64,000 nucleotides of DNA from Collinsella aerofaciens (GCA_047014445.1 JBKXPS010000002.1:88505-152504); one strand, 5' to 3'; positions 9,958 to 20,735 are shown, counted from the stretch's first letter. Notes: generated by a model not told the origin, from the letters alone. A program made the numbers and translations.

Positions 9958-12147
9958 CTAAATCAATTTGGTTGACTCCAGTTTTTCGATGATCCAGTCG
10001 TTGGCTTTGATGACCGGGCGGCGGAAGACGACGCCCAGGGCCAGCGACGGAATCAGATAGCTCGCCAGAATGCCTAGCTCAATCCAATACTCCATATGGT
10101 AGGCACCGGCCATAGCGGCGTGCATGGCGTTGATGCCGTGAGTAAACGGCAGGAACGGATAGATCGCCTGGAACACGGGGCCGGTCATCTCGATGGGGAA
10201 CGTGCCGCCCGAACCGCCGACCTGCATGACCAGCAGCACGACGGCGAGCGCCTTGCCGATATCGCCAAACGAAACCGTAAGCGTGTAGACGATATTGGAG
10301 AACACGAGACTCGCGACCCAGCCCGCCAGCACAAACTGCAGCGGGTCGTCGCACTGGATGCCAAAGAACAGGATGTCGCCCGCGCACACGAGCGTTGCCT
10401 GCAGCAGGGCCAGACCGCCAAAGAACAGGTAACGGCCCAGGTAGATCTCGTGCAAGCGCACGGGGATGAGCTCGTTGATAAGCTCATCGTCAACCGAGAC
10501 CTTCATCATGGCCGCCAGCACGATCGAGCCGACCCAGAGCGACAGAATCGTGTAGAACGGTGCCATGGCCGAACCGTAGTTGCGGATCGGATAGACCGGC
10601 TTGCGATCGAGCGCGACGGGGCCGGAAAGCGACACGGCCAGACCCTCGGGATCATTGCCGATCATCGTCTTGATCGTAGCGAGGTCATCCGACATCAAGG
10701 CACCGTCGAGCTCGTCCTTAAACGCACTGATCTTGTCCGACGCCTCGCCTAGCTGATCGGAAGCCTTGTTGACCAGCTTGGCGGCCTTGGAGAGGCCCTT
10801 CGCCAACGAGCCGGATGCATCGGTGAGGCCGCCTACGGCGCTATCCAGGTCGCCCGAGATGCCATCAAGCGAGTCCAGAACGCCCGAAATGGTCTTCTTG
10901 AGCTCCTTGGCCTTAACCGAGAACGTAGAATCGTAGTCGGACTTGGCACCCGAGATACCCGCCTTGGCATCGGCGATGGCCTGGTCGACCTCGGCACGCG
11001 AGTTGTTGACCTCCGCCATGCTGTCCGAAAGGGACTTTGCGGTCGCCGTCAGGTCCTTCGCATTGTTGCGGTACTCCACGGCAATTCTGCCCAGCGACGT
11101 CGCAGCGGACTTGAGGCCGTCTTTGAGCTTGTCATCCTTCACCTGGTCGGCAAGGTTGCGGAGCTGATCGGCCATCGCATCGATATCGTCAGCACGCGTA
11201 TTGAGCGCCGCTGCGGCTTCATTGAGCTGAGACACCGTAAGGTAAACATGCTGATTCGCGGCATCGAATGCCTTCGCAAGCTCGGCGGACACGTTGTCGA
11301 ACGAGCCCGCGCTTCCGTCAATCGCGGCGTTGATGGCGTCGTTGGCGGCCTTCAGCGCTTCTTTGGAATCGCTCATGCCGCTCTTGGCATGCTCCATCAA
11401 CTGCTTGGTCGACTCATCGACCGTACCCGTCTGCTGGAGCATACCGCTCGCCGACGTCAACGAATCGGACGTGGAGCTCAAAACGCCCGCAAGCGATGTT
11501 GCGCTGGCCTGAATGTCCTGCAAGTCCTGGACCGAATCGCCGAGCGTCGAGGACAGGTTGGCGATAAAGTTGCTCACTTGGTCGGTGCTCATGTAGTCAA
11601 GCAGGCTGGACACGGTTTTAAGACCGATAGTCGTAATGGTTTCGGTAAAGGTCTTGTTGACCTGACTCTGGACGGCGCTCGAGCCCTTCTCGGTCACGAT
11701 CTGGGCAATGGCGTTGGCCTTCTGATTCTCATAAAACTCGATATCGGCATGCTTCACGTCGGTCGAGAAAAGCGTCATCATATCGGCACTAAACGTCTTA
11801 GGGATAACGACAGCCGCATAGTATGCGCCCGATTTGACGCCCTCGATGGCCTTTTCTCGATCGTTGAGCACAACCCAGTCGAAGTTCTCGTTGCCACGCA
11901 ACGCGGACGTCACGTTTTCGCCCACGTTGACCTCAACGGGGATCAGATCGCTCTCGTAACCCTCATCGGTGTTGACCACGGCGATCTTAAGATTGCCGGT
12001 GTTGCCGTACGGATCCCAGCTGCCGGCGATGTTAAACCACGCGTACAGGCACGGCACGATAATGAGGCCCATCACGACAACCAAGCCGATTACGGAGCGA
12101 GACACGTTTTGGACATCGCGCTTAAACAGATGCAGGATGTTCTTCAT
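9958..12147 (-). CDS. YhgE/Pip family membrane protein
   Basis: PCLYAWFNIAGSWDPYGNT N-terminus, coiled-coil middle, NYGSAMAPFY and GGTFPIE C-terminal membrane domain. Confidence 0.92.
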   Translation of the reverse strand: MKNILHLFKRDVQNVSRSVIGLVVVMGLIIVPCLYAWFNIAGSWDPYGNTGNLKIAVVNTDEGYESDLIPVEVNVGENVTSALRGNENFDWVVLNDREKAIEGVKSGAYYAAVVIPKTFSADMMTLFSTDVKHADIEFYENQKANAIAQIVTEKGSSAVQSQVNKTFTETITTIGLKTVSSLLDYMSTDQVSNFIANLSSTLGDSVQDLQDIQASATSLAGVLSSTSDSLTSASGMLQQTGTVDESTKQLMEHAKSGMSDSKEALKAANDAINAAIDGSAGSFDNVSAELAKAFDAANQHVYLTVSQLNEAAAALNTRADDIDAMADQLRNLADQVKDDKLKDGLKSAATSLGRIAVEYRNNAKDLTATAKSLSDSMAEVNNSRAEVDQAIADAKAGISGAKSDYDSTFSVKAKELKKTISGVLDSLDGISGDLDSAVGGLTDASGSLAKGLSKAAKLVNKASDQLGEASDKISAFKDELDGALMSDDLATIKTMIGNDPEGLAVSLSGPVALDRKPVYPIRNYGSAMAPFYTILSLWVGSIVLAAMMKVSVDDELINELIPVRLHEIYLGRYLFFGGLALLQATLVCAGDILFFGIQCDDPLQFVLAGWVASLVFSNIVYTLTVSFGDIGKALAVVLLVMQVGGSGGTFPIEMTGPVFQAIYPFLPFTHGINAMHAAMAGAYHMEYWIELGILASYLIPSLALGVVFRRPVIKANDWIIEKLESTKLI

Positions 12148-14928
12148 TTATGCCTCACCTCCTTTGGAGTGCTTGCCAAGCGCGGTGGTATCTCCATCAT
12201 TTGTGGCTGTGCTGTCGCTGCCCTGAGATTTATGGTGCGAGCCGATATGCGGCAAGCGGCCCGTGGACTGATCGCCGCCCTTGGCACCACGCTCGCTGGC
12301 GTTGAGGCCAAACATGTGGCGGGCGGCAGGAATGGCGGCCGTGTGTTCGCGCATCTCGCGACGCAGGTCCTCATCCGAAAGCGCCGAGATGCGCATCTGG
12401 GTATTGAGGCTCGCTCGGATATATTCGATATTGATCAGCCAGCCGCAGATGGCAATAACCGAGATGATCCAAATGACAAGCAGGATGATCTTGCCGTTAT
12501 TGTCGATATCGAGAACCGTCGACAGGACAAAGAGCAGGACCTGAACGCCCACCACGGCGGCAAAACCGCCCTTGATGTAGTACGGGTAGCGATGTTCAAA
12601 GGCGACCGCATGATCGAGCAGTTCGCGACGGTACGAATCGGAATCGAGCATGACGCGCATGGCCGTGCGCAGCGAGTAGCGCTGGCGCGGCAGGTCGTTG
12701 GACTCGCAAATCATCATACCGGTCGTGGAGAGCTGTTTATCAAAGAGCAGGTTAAGGTTGAGCAGCAGCGGACGCAGCTGCAGGCCGATAAAGAGCGCCA
12801 CGATCAAGAACACGCCCAGAATGCACAGGTTAAACAGGTAGTTAAACGAGTACATGCCGCCGACCGTCTCGCGCAGCAGATTGATGCCGTAGGTAAAGGG
12901 CAGCAGTGGGTGCAGCCACTGGAAGAAGCCAGGCATCATCTCGATGGGGTACATGCCCGATGAACCCGGAATCTGCACGATAACCAGAATGACGCCGATT
13001 GCCTTGCCGATGTGCTTAAACGTAGTGGACAGCGCGTAAATGATGTTGACGTACGTAAACGAGATGGCGATGCCGCCCAGCACGAACAGCAGCGGGTTGA
13101 CGCACTGTACGCCAATGACCAGATCACCCACCGTAACGATGATGGCCTGCAACGCGCCCAGGATCACCATGAGCAACCAGCGGCCAAAGTAGCCTTGGCG
13201 CGCCGTAAAGCTGCCAACACCTTCACGGTCGACCTCGAGCTTGTAGATGGCGATGAGCACATAGCCGCCCACCCAAAGCGCCAGGTTGGTATAGAACGGG
13301 GCAATGCCCGAGCCGAAGCTCTTAACCGGATAGATCGACTTGGACGCGAGCTCAACCGGAGATGCCATGAAGTCTGCGACGTCATTGACGTCGACGCCCA
13401 TCAGATCGGCCAGCTCGCCCATGGACTCGGAGGTCTGTAGCGCCGCGATGTCGTTGGCGGCGGTTGCGAGCTTGTCCTGGACCTTGGCAAGCGAGGAATC
13501 GGTCTGGGACAGCGTGGTCTTGGCCTGGCCGAGCGTAGCGTTAAGCTGCGAAAGCGTACCGCGCGCGCTTGCAATCGTGGGCGTGAGGCCAGATACGATA
13601 CCCGTCAAATCACCCGAGACGGCGGCAAAGGAATCAAGCGCGCTCGAGGCCTTCGGCAGCGCGTTTTGACCCAGGTCCGTCTGGGCCTGGCCAAGGTTGG
13701 TCGCACCGGTCTGAATTGCGTTATTGATAGCGTCGCTGGCACCCGAGACAGCCGCGGCGTCATTCGCCATGGCGCTCGACTGCGCGGACAGACCGTCCTT
13801 GATGCTCTGCAACTTCTCGTTCTGCTCACGGAGCGTATTGATGGTCGATACAATGCGCGCGTCAATTTCCTCGGAACCTGTCGACGTGTCATTGGCGAGA
13901 ATCTCCAAGTGCCCGATAACGGCCTTATTGTGGTCGATCGTCGCTTGGAGAGACTCGAGCGAGTTGTCGATACGGGTGGTCGTAGATGTGACCGTGCCCG
14001 TCAGCTTGCCGATGGCAGCGTTCGCGGAGGCCGACGTCTTGGTGAGCGCAAGGCTGCCTTCCGAGAGCGCCTTGGAGAGCGAGGCTATAGAGTTGCCCGC
14101 CGTGGTGCGAGCTTCACCCAGCAGGTCGTTGCCCTGAGAGATCGCTTGCGTCAGTGACGGCGCCTGACCCTGCATGCCGGCAAGTGCCGCATCAGCCGAG
14201 GCGATAGCGCCACTCGTCTTATCGATGGCGGCATTCATGTCGCCAATCGAATCGCGCACCTCGCCCAAGGTATCGGATGCCTCGGAGACAGAACTTGCCA
14301 ACGAATCCTGAGTCTGGGTTGCCTTGTCCTTTAAATCGACTCCGGCATCCTTGGCAATGCTGGCAACGGTCTCGCCCACCGTGGAGACAAATTCCGAGTT
14401 GATCTGCTCCTCGATGGTGCTTGCACCGGTGTCGGTAACCTTGGGCGCAATAGCGCTCTTCTTCTCATTGACGTAGTACGTAAGCTTGGGCTGATGGTAG
14501 TTACCGTCGAGCATCGAAACCAGGTTATCCGAGAAGTTCTTGGGGATTACGATGGCCGCATAGTACTCACCGCTCTCGACGCCCTCCTTGGCATCGAACG
14601 CCGAATCGACGAAGGTCCAGCCCAGCTGATCGTTCTCCTTGAGCTGATCGACAACCTGGTCGCCCGCGTTGAGCTCGCCCACCAAGTCGTTTTGGGTGCC
14701 CCGATCGTTGTTGGCGATGGCAATCTTGATACCCTGGGTGTTTCCGTACGGATCCCAGTTGGCCACGATGTTGTACCAGGCATACAGCGAGGGAATAACG
14801 CACACGCCAAGGGTAACCACCAAGGCGACGGGGTTCACAAGCAGTCGCTTAATGTCGCGCTTAAATATCGCAAAGGACACCTTTGCATTGGATAGTTTGC
14901 TGCCGAGACTCACGCTTGGACCATCCAT
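12148..14928 (-). CDS. YhgE/Pip family membrane protein (paralog with C-terminal extension)
   Basis: PSLYAWYNIVANWDPYGNT, FGSGIAPFY and SGMYPIE motifs; start uncertain (14883-14997). Confidence 0.9.
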   Translation of the reverse strand: MDGPSVSLGSKLSNAKVSFAIFKRDIKRLLVNPVALVVTLGVCVIPSLYAWYNIVANWDPYGNTQGIKIAIANNDRGTQNDLVGELNAGDQVVDQLKENDQLGWTFVDSAFDAKEGVESGEYYAAIVIPKNFSDNLVSMLDGNYHQPKLTYYVNEKKSAIAPKVTDTGASTIEEQINSEFVSTVGETVASIAKDAGVDLKDKATQTQDSLASSVSEASDTLGEVRDSIGDMNAAIDKTSGAIASADAALAGMQGQAPSLTQAISQGNDLLGEARTTAGNSIASLSKALSEGSLALTKTSASANAAIGKLTGTVTSTTTRIDNSLESLQATIDHNKAVIGHLEILANDTSTGSEEIDARIVSTINTLREQNEKLQSIKDGLSAQSSAMANDAAAVSGASDAINNAIQTGATNLGQAQTDLGQNALPKASSALDSFAAVSGDLTGIVSGLTPTIASARGTLSQLNATLGQAKTTLSQTDSSLAKVQDKLATAANDIAALQTSESMGELADLMGVDVNDVADFMASPVELASKSIYPVKSFGSGIAPFYTNLALWVGGYVLIAIYKLEVDREGVGSFTARQGYFGRWLLMVILGALQAIIVTVGDLVIGVQCVNPLLFVLGGIAISFTYVNIIYALSTTFKHIGKAIGVILVIVQIPGSSGMYPIEMMPGFFQWLHPLLPFTYGINLLRETVGGMYSFNYLFNLCILGVFLIVALFIGLQLRPLLLNLNLLFDKQLSTTGMMICESNDLPRQRYSLRTAMRVMLDSDSYRRELLDHAVAFEHRYPYYIKGGFAAVVGVQVLLFVLSTVLDIDNNGKIILLVIWIISVIAICGWLINIEYIRASLNTQMRISALSDEDLRREMREHTAAIPAARHMFGLNASERGAKGGDQSTGRLPHIGSHHKSQGSDSTATNDGDTTALGKHSKGGEA

Positions 14929-15206
14929 CCTGTCGTTAAATCGAATCGTACTATCGACAACCATTGTACGTAGGCGCTTTAGCGTCTCAGAGCACAATGG
15001 TATTGAGTTTTGCGGGTAGCAATATACTACGAAGACAAATTAACGTACAGTTGTACAGTATCCTAAATTTCAGCAGGTCACAAAACCACAACCCGCACAA
15101 ATTAGCAATTCAAATAGTCATTTAAGAACGTCCCCAACGACTACTCCGTACAAAAGGAAACGAGAGTGGAAAATCTCCCACTTCAAGCCCGCATTCGAGC
15201 CAAAAG

Positions 15207-16505
15207 GGGGGTGCGGACAGAAAGTTGGACCGTGAAGCGGTCCGGACTGGAGGTTCGCATGTACAGCAGGGAGAAGGTCGAGCTCTTCCTCCTGGCGACG
15301 GAGGACGGCATGGGGCCGACCGCCGCCGCGAAGTTCGCGGGGGTCACGGTGGGCGCGGCCAAGAAGTGGGCGACGGGCCACCTCCCGCACAGCTACACCG
15401 GGGCGCGCTGTAGAATCGGTGCGAGGAAACCGCGCCGGAAGGAGGCCAGCTTGGGCCCCGACAAGTCGATCTACGCCCCGCCCGCGACCGGCCCGCTCGC
15501 CGGGCTCAACGAGGACCAGATAGAGAACCTGCTGCTCAGGGCGGTGTTGGCCGACCTAAAAGCGGAAGGGTGGGACCCGGCTTCGATCTCGAACAGGAGC
15601 AAGTGCGAGCTCGGCGAGAGATTGAGGCGGGCGACCGCCCTGCCCCTCCGCTCGATCACAGGTTTCTTGAGGATATCGAAGAGCTCCTATGAGTACTGGA
15701 GGCCCCGCGTCGCCGTGCCGCGCGACCGCGACGCCGACATACGCGACCGCGTGGTGCGCATCTTCCGCGAGGGCTCGGGGTGCTGGGGGTACCGCACCGT
15801 CTGGGCGCGCCTGCGCCGCGAGGGGGTCCGCGCCAGCGAGAAGCGCGTGGCCCGCGTGATGCGCGAGGAGGGCCTCGAGGTCGTCTACAACAAGAGGCGC
15901 GCCCGGGGCTACAGCTCCTACGCCGGCGAGGTCTCCAAGGCACCGGAGAACCTCGTGAACAGGAATTTCCACGCCGACGAGCCCAACCGGCTGTGGCTCA
16001 CCGACATCACCGAGTTCAGGCTCCCGGGCGGCGAGAAGGTCTACCTGAGCCCGATAGTCGACTGCTTCGACGGGATGCCCGTCGCCTGGTCGATCGGGCT
16101 GCACCCCGACAAGCGCCTCGCGAACTCGAGCCTGCTCAAGGCCTGCGCGGCCAGGCCGGCGGGCGCCCGCACGACGATCCACTCGGACCGCGGCGGCCAC
16201 TACCGCTGGCCGGAGTGGATCGGGATCTGCGAGGAGAACGGGCTGGTCAGGAGCATGTCCGCGAAGGGCTGCAGCCCGGACAACTCGGCCTGCGAGGGCT
16301 TCTTCGGCCGCCTCAAGAACGAGTTCTTCCACTACAGGGACTGGGAGGGCGTGACGGCCGGGGAGTTCATGGGCAGGCTCGAGGCCTACCTCGTGTACTA
16401 TCGTGAGGAGCGGATCAAGAAATCCCTCGGGTGGCTCAGCCCGATGGAGTACCGCAGGAAGCTTGGATACGCCTAGGCGCGGTCCAAGAAATCGTCCGCA
16501 CCCCC
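15207..16505 (+). mobile_element. IS3-family insertion sequence, complete
   Basis: Imperfect 26-bp TIRs GGGGGTGCGGAC...TTGGACCG at 15207 and 16480-16505; 3-bp target duplication AAG. Confidence 0.92.
15259..16476 (+). CDS. IS3-family DDE transposase (single ORF)
   Basis: WLTDITEF, HSDRGGHY and DNSACEGFFGRLKNE motifs; RBS GGAGG before ATG 15259. Confidence 0.95.
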   Translation: MYSREKVELFLLATEDGMGPTAAAKFAGVTVGAAKKWATGHLPHSYTGARCRIGARKPRRKEASLGPDKSIYAPPATGPLAGLNEDQIENLLLRAVLADLKAEGWDPASISNRSKCELGERLRRATALPLRSITGFLRISKSSYEYWRPRVAVPRDRDADIRDRVVRIFREGSGCWGYRTVWARLRREGVRASEKRVARVMREEGLEVVYNKRRARGYSSYAGEVSKAPENLVNRNFHADEPNRLWLTDITEFRLPGGEKVYLSPIVDCFDGMPVAWSIGLHPDKRLANSSLLKACAARPAGARTTIHSDRGGHYRWPEWIGICEENGLVRSMSAKGCSPDNSACEGFFGRLKNEFFHYRDWEGVTAGEFMGRLEAYLVYYREERIKKSLGWLSPMEYRRKLGYA

Positions 16506-16560
16506 AAGCGGGAGATTATCCACTCTCGTTCTAATCTAGTTACGGTGCCGTATCCCCGAA

Positions 16561-18585
16561 CTACATCAAGTTGCAAACAGCCGCCGCGAAGGCAACGGGG
16601 TCCTCGGGGAGGATGCCCTCGACCAGCAGGGCCTGATCGTAGAGCAAGCCGGAGTACTGCTTGATCTTGTCGGCGTCGCCTGCCTTCTGGGCAGCGACAA
16701 GCTTGTCGAAGACCGGGTGCTTGGCGTTGAGCTCGAGCACGCGCTGGCTCTTGGGCATACCGTCGGGCGCGCCCTCGGGACCCTTCTGGAGCACCTTCTC
16801 CATCTCGAGCGAAAGCGGGCCCTCGGTAGTGATGCAAGCGGGGGCATCGGTCAGGCGCGCGGAGACGGCAACTTTCTCGACCTTGTCGCCGAGCGCCTCC
16901 TTCATAGCGCCAAAGAGGTCCTCGTTCTCCTTGGTGGCGTCCTCGGCCTCCTTCTTCTCGTCATCGGTCGCCAGGTCAAGATCACCGGTCGCGACGTTCT
17001 TGAGCTCCAGGTGACGATCCTCAACCTCGGGCTCGGCACCATCGGCCACGGCCTTCTCGGCAGCCTCGCGGGCAGCATCGTCCTCGTAGATCTTGGGCAT
17101 ATCGGCGGCAACGTACTCACGCATAGCCTGGAACGTGAACTCATCCACATCCTGCGTCAGCAGCAGCACGTCATAACCGCGGTCGAGCACGCCCTTTACC
17201 ACGGGCATCTTGGCCAAGCGCTCACGCAAGTCGCCGGCGGCGTAGTAGATGGCCTTCTGATCCTCGGGCATGCCCTTGGCATACTCGGCCAGGGTAATCA
17301 TCTTCTGTTCCTTGGCAGACCAGAACAGCAACAGATCGGCGAGCTCATCGGCCTTCATGCCATAGCTCGAGTAGATGCCGTACTTAAGACCGCGGCCAAA
17401 GTTCTCAAAGAACTTCTCGTAGGCCTCGCGGTCGTTGTCACGCATATCCTCAAGGTCGGCGGTGATCTTCTTTTCCACACGCTTGGCGATGGCCTTGAGC
17501 TGACGGTTCTGCTGAAGCGTCTCGCGCGAGATGTTGAGCGACACGTCGGCGGAATCCACGACGCCGCGGACAAAGTTGTAGTAGTCGGGCAGCAGGTCGT
17601 CGCACTTCTCCATGATCAGGACGTTGGAGCTGTAAAGCGACAGGCCCTTCTCGTAGTCCTTGCTGTACAGATCGAACGGCGCGCGTCCCGGCACAAACAG
17701 CAGGGCGTCATACTCGAGCGTGCCCTCGGCGTGGAAGCTGATGGTGCGCGCAGGATCGTCAAAGTCGTGGAACGTGGACTTGTAGAACTCGTCGTAGTCC
17801 TTCTGCTCGACATCGGAGCTGCGCTTCTTCCAGATCGGTGTCATGGAATTGACGGTCTCGAGCTCCTGGTAGTCCTCGTACTCGGGCTTGTAATCGTCGC
17901 CGGCGTCCTCGGGCTTGGGTTTCTGGCGGCTCTTGGACACCATCATCTGAATCGGGTAGCGCACATAGTTGCTGTACTGCTGAATCAGGCTCTTGAGACC
18001 CCACTCGGTCAGGAAGCGATCGTAGGTCTCGGCCTCGCCGTCGGCATCGAGCTTCTCATTCTCGCGCAGCGTCAGGATGACATCGGTACCATGCTCGGCG
18101 CGCTCGCCGTCCTCGATGGTGTAGCCCTCAAGACCGTCGGATTCCCACACATGGGCGACATCCTCGCCGTAGGCGCGGCTGACGACCTTCACATGGCTGG
18201 CGACCATAAAAGCCGAGTAGAAGCCCACGCCAAACTGACCGATGATGTCGACATCGGAGCCCTGCTGCTCGGCGTTCTCGGTCTTAAACTCCTCGGAGCC
18301 GGAATGGGCGATGGTGCCCAGATTGCGCTCCAGCTCCTCGGCGGTCATGCCAATGCCGTTATCCGAGATGGTAATGGTGCGGGCGTCTTTATCAAAGGAG
18401 ACGCGAATGGCCAGGTCGCCCTGGTCGATCTTGACGCTCGGGTCCTGCAGGCTCTTAAAGTTGAGCTTGTCGACGGCGTCGCTCGCGTTAGAGATAAGCT
18501 CGCGCAGGAAGATTTCCTTATTGGTGTAGATGGAGTTGATCATGAGGTCGAGCAGTTTTTTGCTCTCGGTCTTAAATTGACGCAT
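16561..18585 (-). CDS. htpG: Chaperone HtpG (Hsp90)
   Basis: NKEIFLRELISNASDA, DNGIGM, IGQFGVGFYSAF and LNISRETLQ motifs. Confidence 0.97.
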   Translation of the reverse strand: MRQFKTESKKLLDLMINSIYTNKEIFLRELISNASDAVDKLNFKSLQDPSVKIDQGDLAIRVSFDKDARTITISDNGIGMTAEELERNLGTIAHSGSEEFKTENAEQQGSDVDIIGQFGVGFYSAFMVASHVKVVSRAYGEDVAHVWESDGLEGYTIEDGERAEHGTDVILTLRENEKLDADGEAETYDRFLTEWGLKSLIQQYSNYVRYPIQMMVSKSRQKPKPEDAGDDYKPEYEDYQELETVNSMTPIWKKRSSDVEQKDYDEFYKSTFHDFDDPARTISFHAEGTLEYDALLFVPGRAPFDLYSKDYEKGLSLYSSNVLIMEKCDDLLPDYYNFVRGVVDSADVSLNISRETLQQNRQLKAIAKRVEKKITADLEDMRDNDREAYEKFFENFGRGLKYGIYSSYGMKADELADLLLFWSAKEQKMITLAEYAKGMPEDQKAIYYAAGDLRERLAKMPVVKGVLDRGYDVLLLTQDVDEFTFQAMREYVAADMPKIYEDDAAREAAEKAVADGAEPEVEDRHLELKNVATGDLDLATDDEKKEAEDATKENEDLFGAMKEALGDKVEKVAVSARLTDAPACITTEGPLSLEMEKVLQKGPEGAPDGMPKSQRVLELNAKHPVFDKLVAAQKAGDADKIKQYSGLLYDQALLVEGILPEDPVAFAAAVCNLM

Positions 18586-18724
18586 GTGCAGTCCTTTCGC
18601 GCTACCCCTGTCCGCAAAAACGGCCCGGTCGCCCGAGCCGCATCGCAGACCTGCTATGTTCAGACTTAGATTTTATAACCCATTAACGCGCATATATACA
18701 TACGGAATCGAAAAACTGTATGTC

Positions 18725-18751
18725 CGAGCGCTCCAATGCGTCAATTGCCAA
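18725..18751 (-). promoter_or_regulatory. Degenerate CIRCE (HrcA operator) candidate upstream of htpG
   Basis: TTGGCAATT-N9-GAGCGCTCG versus consensus TTAGCACTC-N9-GAGTGCTAA (6/9 per arm). Confidence 0.45.
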
Positions 18752-18787
18752 GGAGTGTCCCAAACTGCCGGCAGGAAAGGAACGTTC

Positions 18788-19288
18788 CTATCTGCCATCT
18801 ACGCGCTTGGCCATCCAGGCATGAGGCTGGCCCTCGTCTTCGTAGTCCACCGGGGCAATCTGCGTGTAGCCCGCCTTGGCATAGAGCGGCAGCACGTATT
18901 CCTGAGCATGCAGCTTAATGAGCTTGGCGCCGGCATCACGCGCGCACGTATCACTGGCCTCGACAATCTTGCTCGCCAAACCGCGACGGCGCATGCTCGG
19001 CAGCACGGCCACGCGCCCCATAATGTAGGTCTCCCCCGCCGCGACACCTTCGTCCAAGTCGCACGCCGGCGACACCGGAGCCTCTGCGTCAGCCGCGCGC
19101 TCAAGCTCTTCGGGAAACACGCGCGAGCAACCGGCAAGCTCGCCGTCTACATAGAGCGTCACATGAATGCAGTTCGGATCCTCGTCGATAGCGTCGAACT
19201 CATTCTCGTAGCCCTGCTCGTCCATAAAAACGACGCGGCGCACCAACGCCGCGTCATCAAAGCATCCCGTCTTAAGTTGGATATCCAT
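18788..19288 (-). CDS. GNAT N-acetyltransferase (ElaA/YjcF-like)
   Basis: VRRVVFMDEQG, GRVAVLPSMRRRGLA, LHAQ and EGQPHAWM motifs. Confidence 0.9.
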   Translation of the reverse strand: MDIQLKTGCFDDAALVRRVVFMDEQGYENEFDAIDEDPNCIHVTLYVDGELAGCSRVFPEELERAADAEAPVSPACDLDEGVAAGETYIMGRVAVLPSMRRRGLASKIVEASDTCARDAGAKLIKLHAQEYVLPLYAKAGYTQIAPVDYEDEGQPHAWMAKRVDGR

Positions 19289-19327
19289 GGCTGCCCTTTC
19301 ATTCAATGCGAACGTTAGGGACAGATT

Positions 19328-19978
19328 TTAGCGAAAATGAGCTCCGCGTACGCTAAACTTCGCGCGAGCCTTCGCCAGGCAGTCGTAATGACCCACGTTA
19401 TGGGCATCGCTCGCGATGAAGCTGTACAGGTTCTGATCGAACAGGCGCTGTGCCGGCTTTTTCTCGCGACCAAAGCGACCGCCGGCAATAAAGTCCGCCG
19501 AAGCCTGCAGCTTGCAGCCCATATCGACCAGACGCTCCGCCACGCTTACATCCTTTTGAACCGCACGATAGCGTTCAGGATGAGCGATGATCACCTGGTA
19601 GCCACGGCACTGCAAATCGTAAATCGTGTTCTCGTACTCTCTAAACGCATACGCATCGGCATGCGTCGAAAGTTCGAGCAGAAACTCGTTGGTCCCATCG
19701 AAATGCAAGTGCTCCGCGGCATCGATACCAAGCTCAACGAGCTTTCGATGGTTGACCTCGAAGCCCATCTGGAGCGGAAAACCGTCAGCGTTATCACGCA
19801 GCAGCTCAAAGGCATCCCACATCTTGTCGTAATCAAAATAGGGATCACGGCAGTGAGGAGTGCAAACGATTCTGGTTACACCGGCCCGCTTGGCAGCCTC
19901 GAGCATCGCCAAGCTCTCATCGAGATCGGCGGCGCCGTCGTCTACACCCGGCAAGATATGGCAATGAATGTCACGCAT
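19328..19978 (-). CDS. CpsB/CapC-type PHP tyrosine phosphatase
   Basis: DIHCHILPGVDDG, TPH, IAHPERY and IASDAH motifs. Confidence 0.92.
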   Translation of the reverse strand: MRDIHCHILPGVDDGAADLDESLAMLEAAKRAGVTRIVCTPHCRDPYFDYDKMWDAFELLRDNADGFPLQMGFEVNHRKLVELGIDAAEHLHFDGTNEFLLELSTHADAYAFREYENTIYDLQCRGYQVIIAHPERYRAVQKDVSVAERLVDMGCKLQASADFIAGGRFGREKKPAQRLFDQNLYSFIASDAHNVGHYDCLAKARAKFSVRGAHFR

Positions 19979-19995
19979 AGGTCAGCCTTAATCAA

Positions 19996-20733
19996 CTAAA
20001 CGTTTGCTCGGTTGGTGAAGATGCCCTTTTTGGAAGTCCCCTGATCGTCGGAGCCCTTCTTAACCTTCTTACCGTCCTTGGTGTAGTAGGAGTAGTAGTA
20101 CTCGCTGGTCTCGGTCTCGCAGTAGTTCATAACGGTACCGATGAGCTTGACCTTCTCGGACTTCTTAAGCTGACCGATGGCGTTGAGCGCCTCCTCGCGC
20201 TTGGTGAAGTCCTCGCGCACCACGAACAGCGTGCCGTCGGTCAGGCTGGCAATCTCGGCAGCATCGATGAAGGTGCCGACCGGGGGAGCGTCGAAGATGA
20301 CGTACTGGAACTTAGCAGACAGTGCCTTTACCAGCTTGGCAAAGCGGTGAGAGACGATGATGTCGGCAGGATTGGGAATATGCGGCTCGGCATCAAGGAA
20401 GTAGAAGTTCTTCTGACCCGTCTCGACAATTGCCTGGTCAATGGAGATCTGCTCGGAAAGAACCGCATAGAGTCCGCCGCGCGAACGAACGCCGAGCATA
20501 TCGGAAAGGGACCTGCGGCGCATATCGGCCTCAACCAGGAGCACGGACTTGCCACTCGTGGCAATTGCCTGAGCAAGGTTAATGGAAACCGTAGACTTGC
20601 CCTCGTTGGGAATCGAGGAGGTAACGGTGATGGTGCGAATGGGGTCGTCCACGCTCGCAAAGCGGATGTTGGCCAGAAGGGTCTTGGCGGCATTCTGTAC
20701 AACGAGCTTATCGGTGTTCTTTGCCTTAGCCAT
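19996..20733 (-). CDS. CpsD/CapB-type BY-kinase
   Basis: Walker A PNEGKST, ADMRR, FDAPP and C-terminal Tyr cluster YYYSYY. Confidence 0.93.
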   Translation of the reverse strand: MAKAKNTDKLVVQNAAKTLLANIRFASVDDPIRTITVTSSIPNEGKSTVSINLAQAIATSGKSVLLVEADMRRRSLSDMLGVRSRGGLYAVLSEQISIDQAIVETGQKNFYFLDAEPHIPNPADIIVSHRFAKLVKALSAKFQYVIFDAPPVGTFIDAAEIASLTDGTLFVVREDFTKREEALNAIGQLKKSEKVKLIGTVMNYCETETSEYYYSYYTKDGKKVKKGSDDQGTSKKGIFTNRANV

Positions 20734-20735
20734 GC

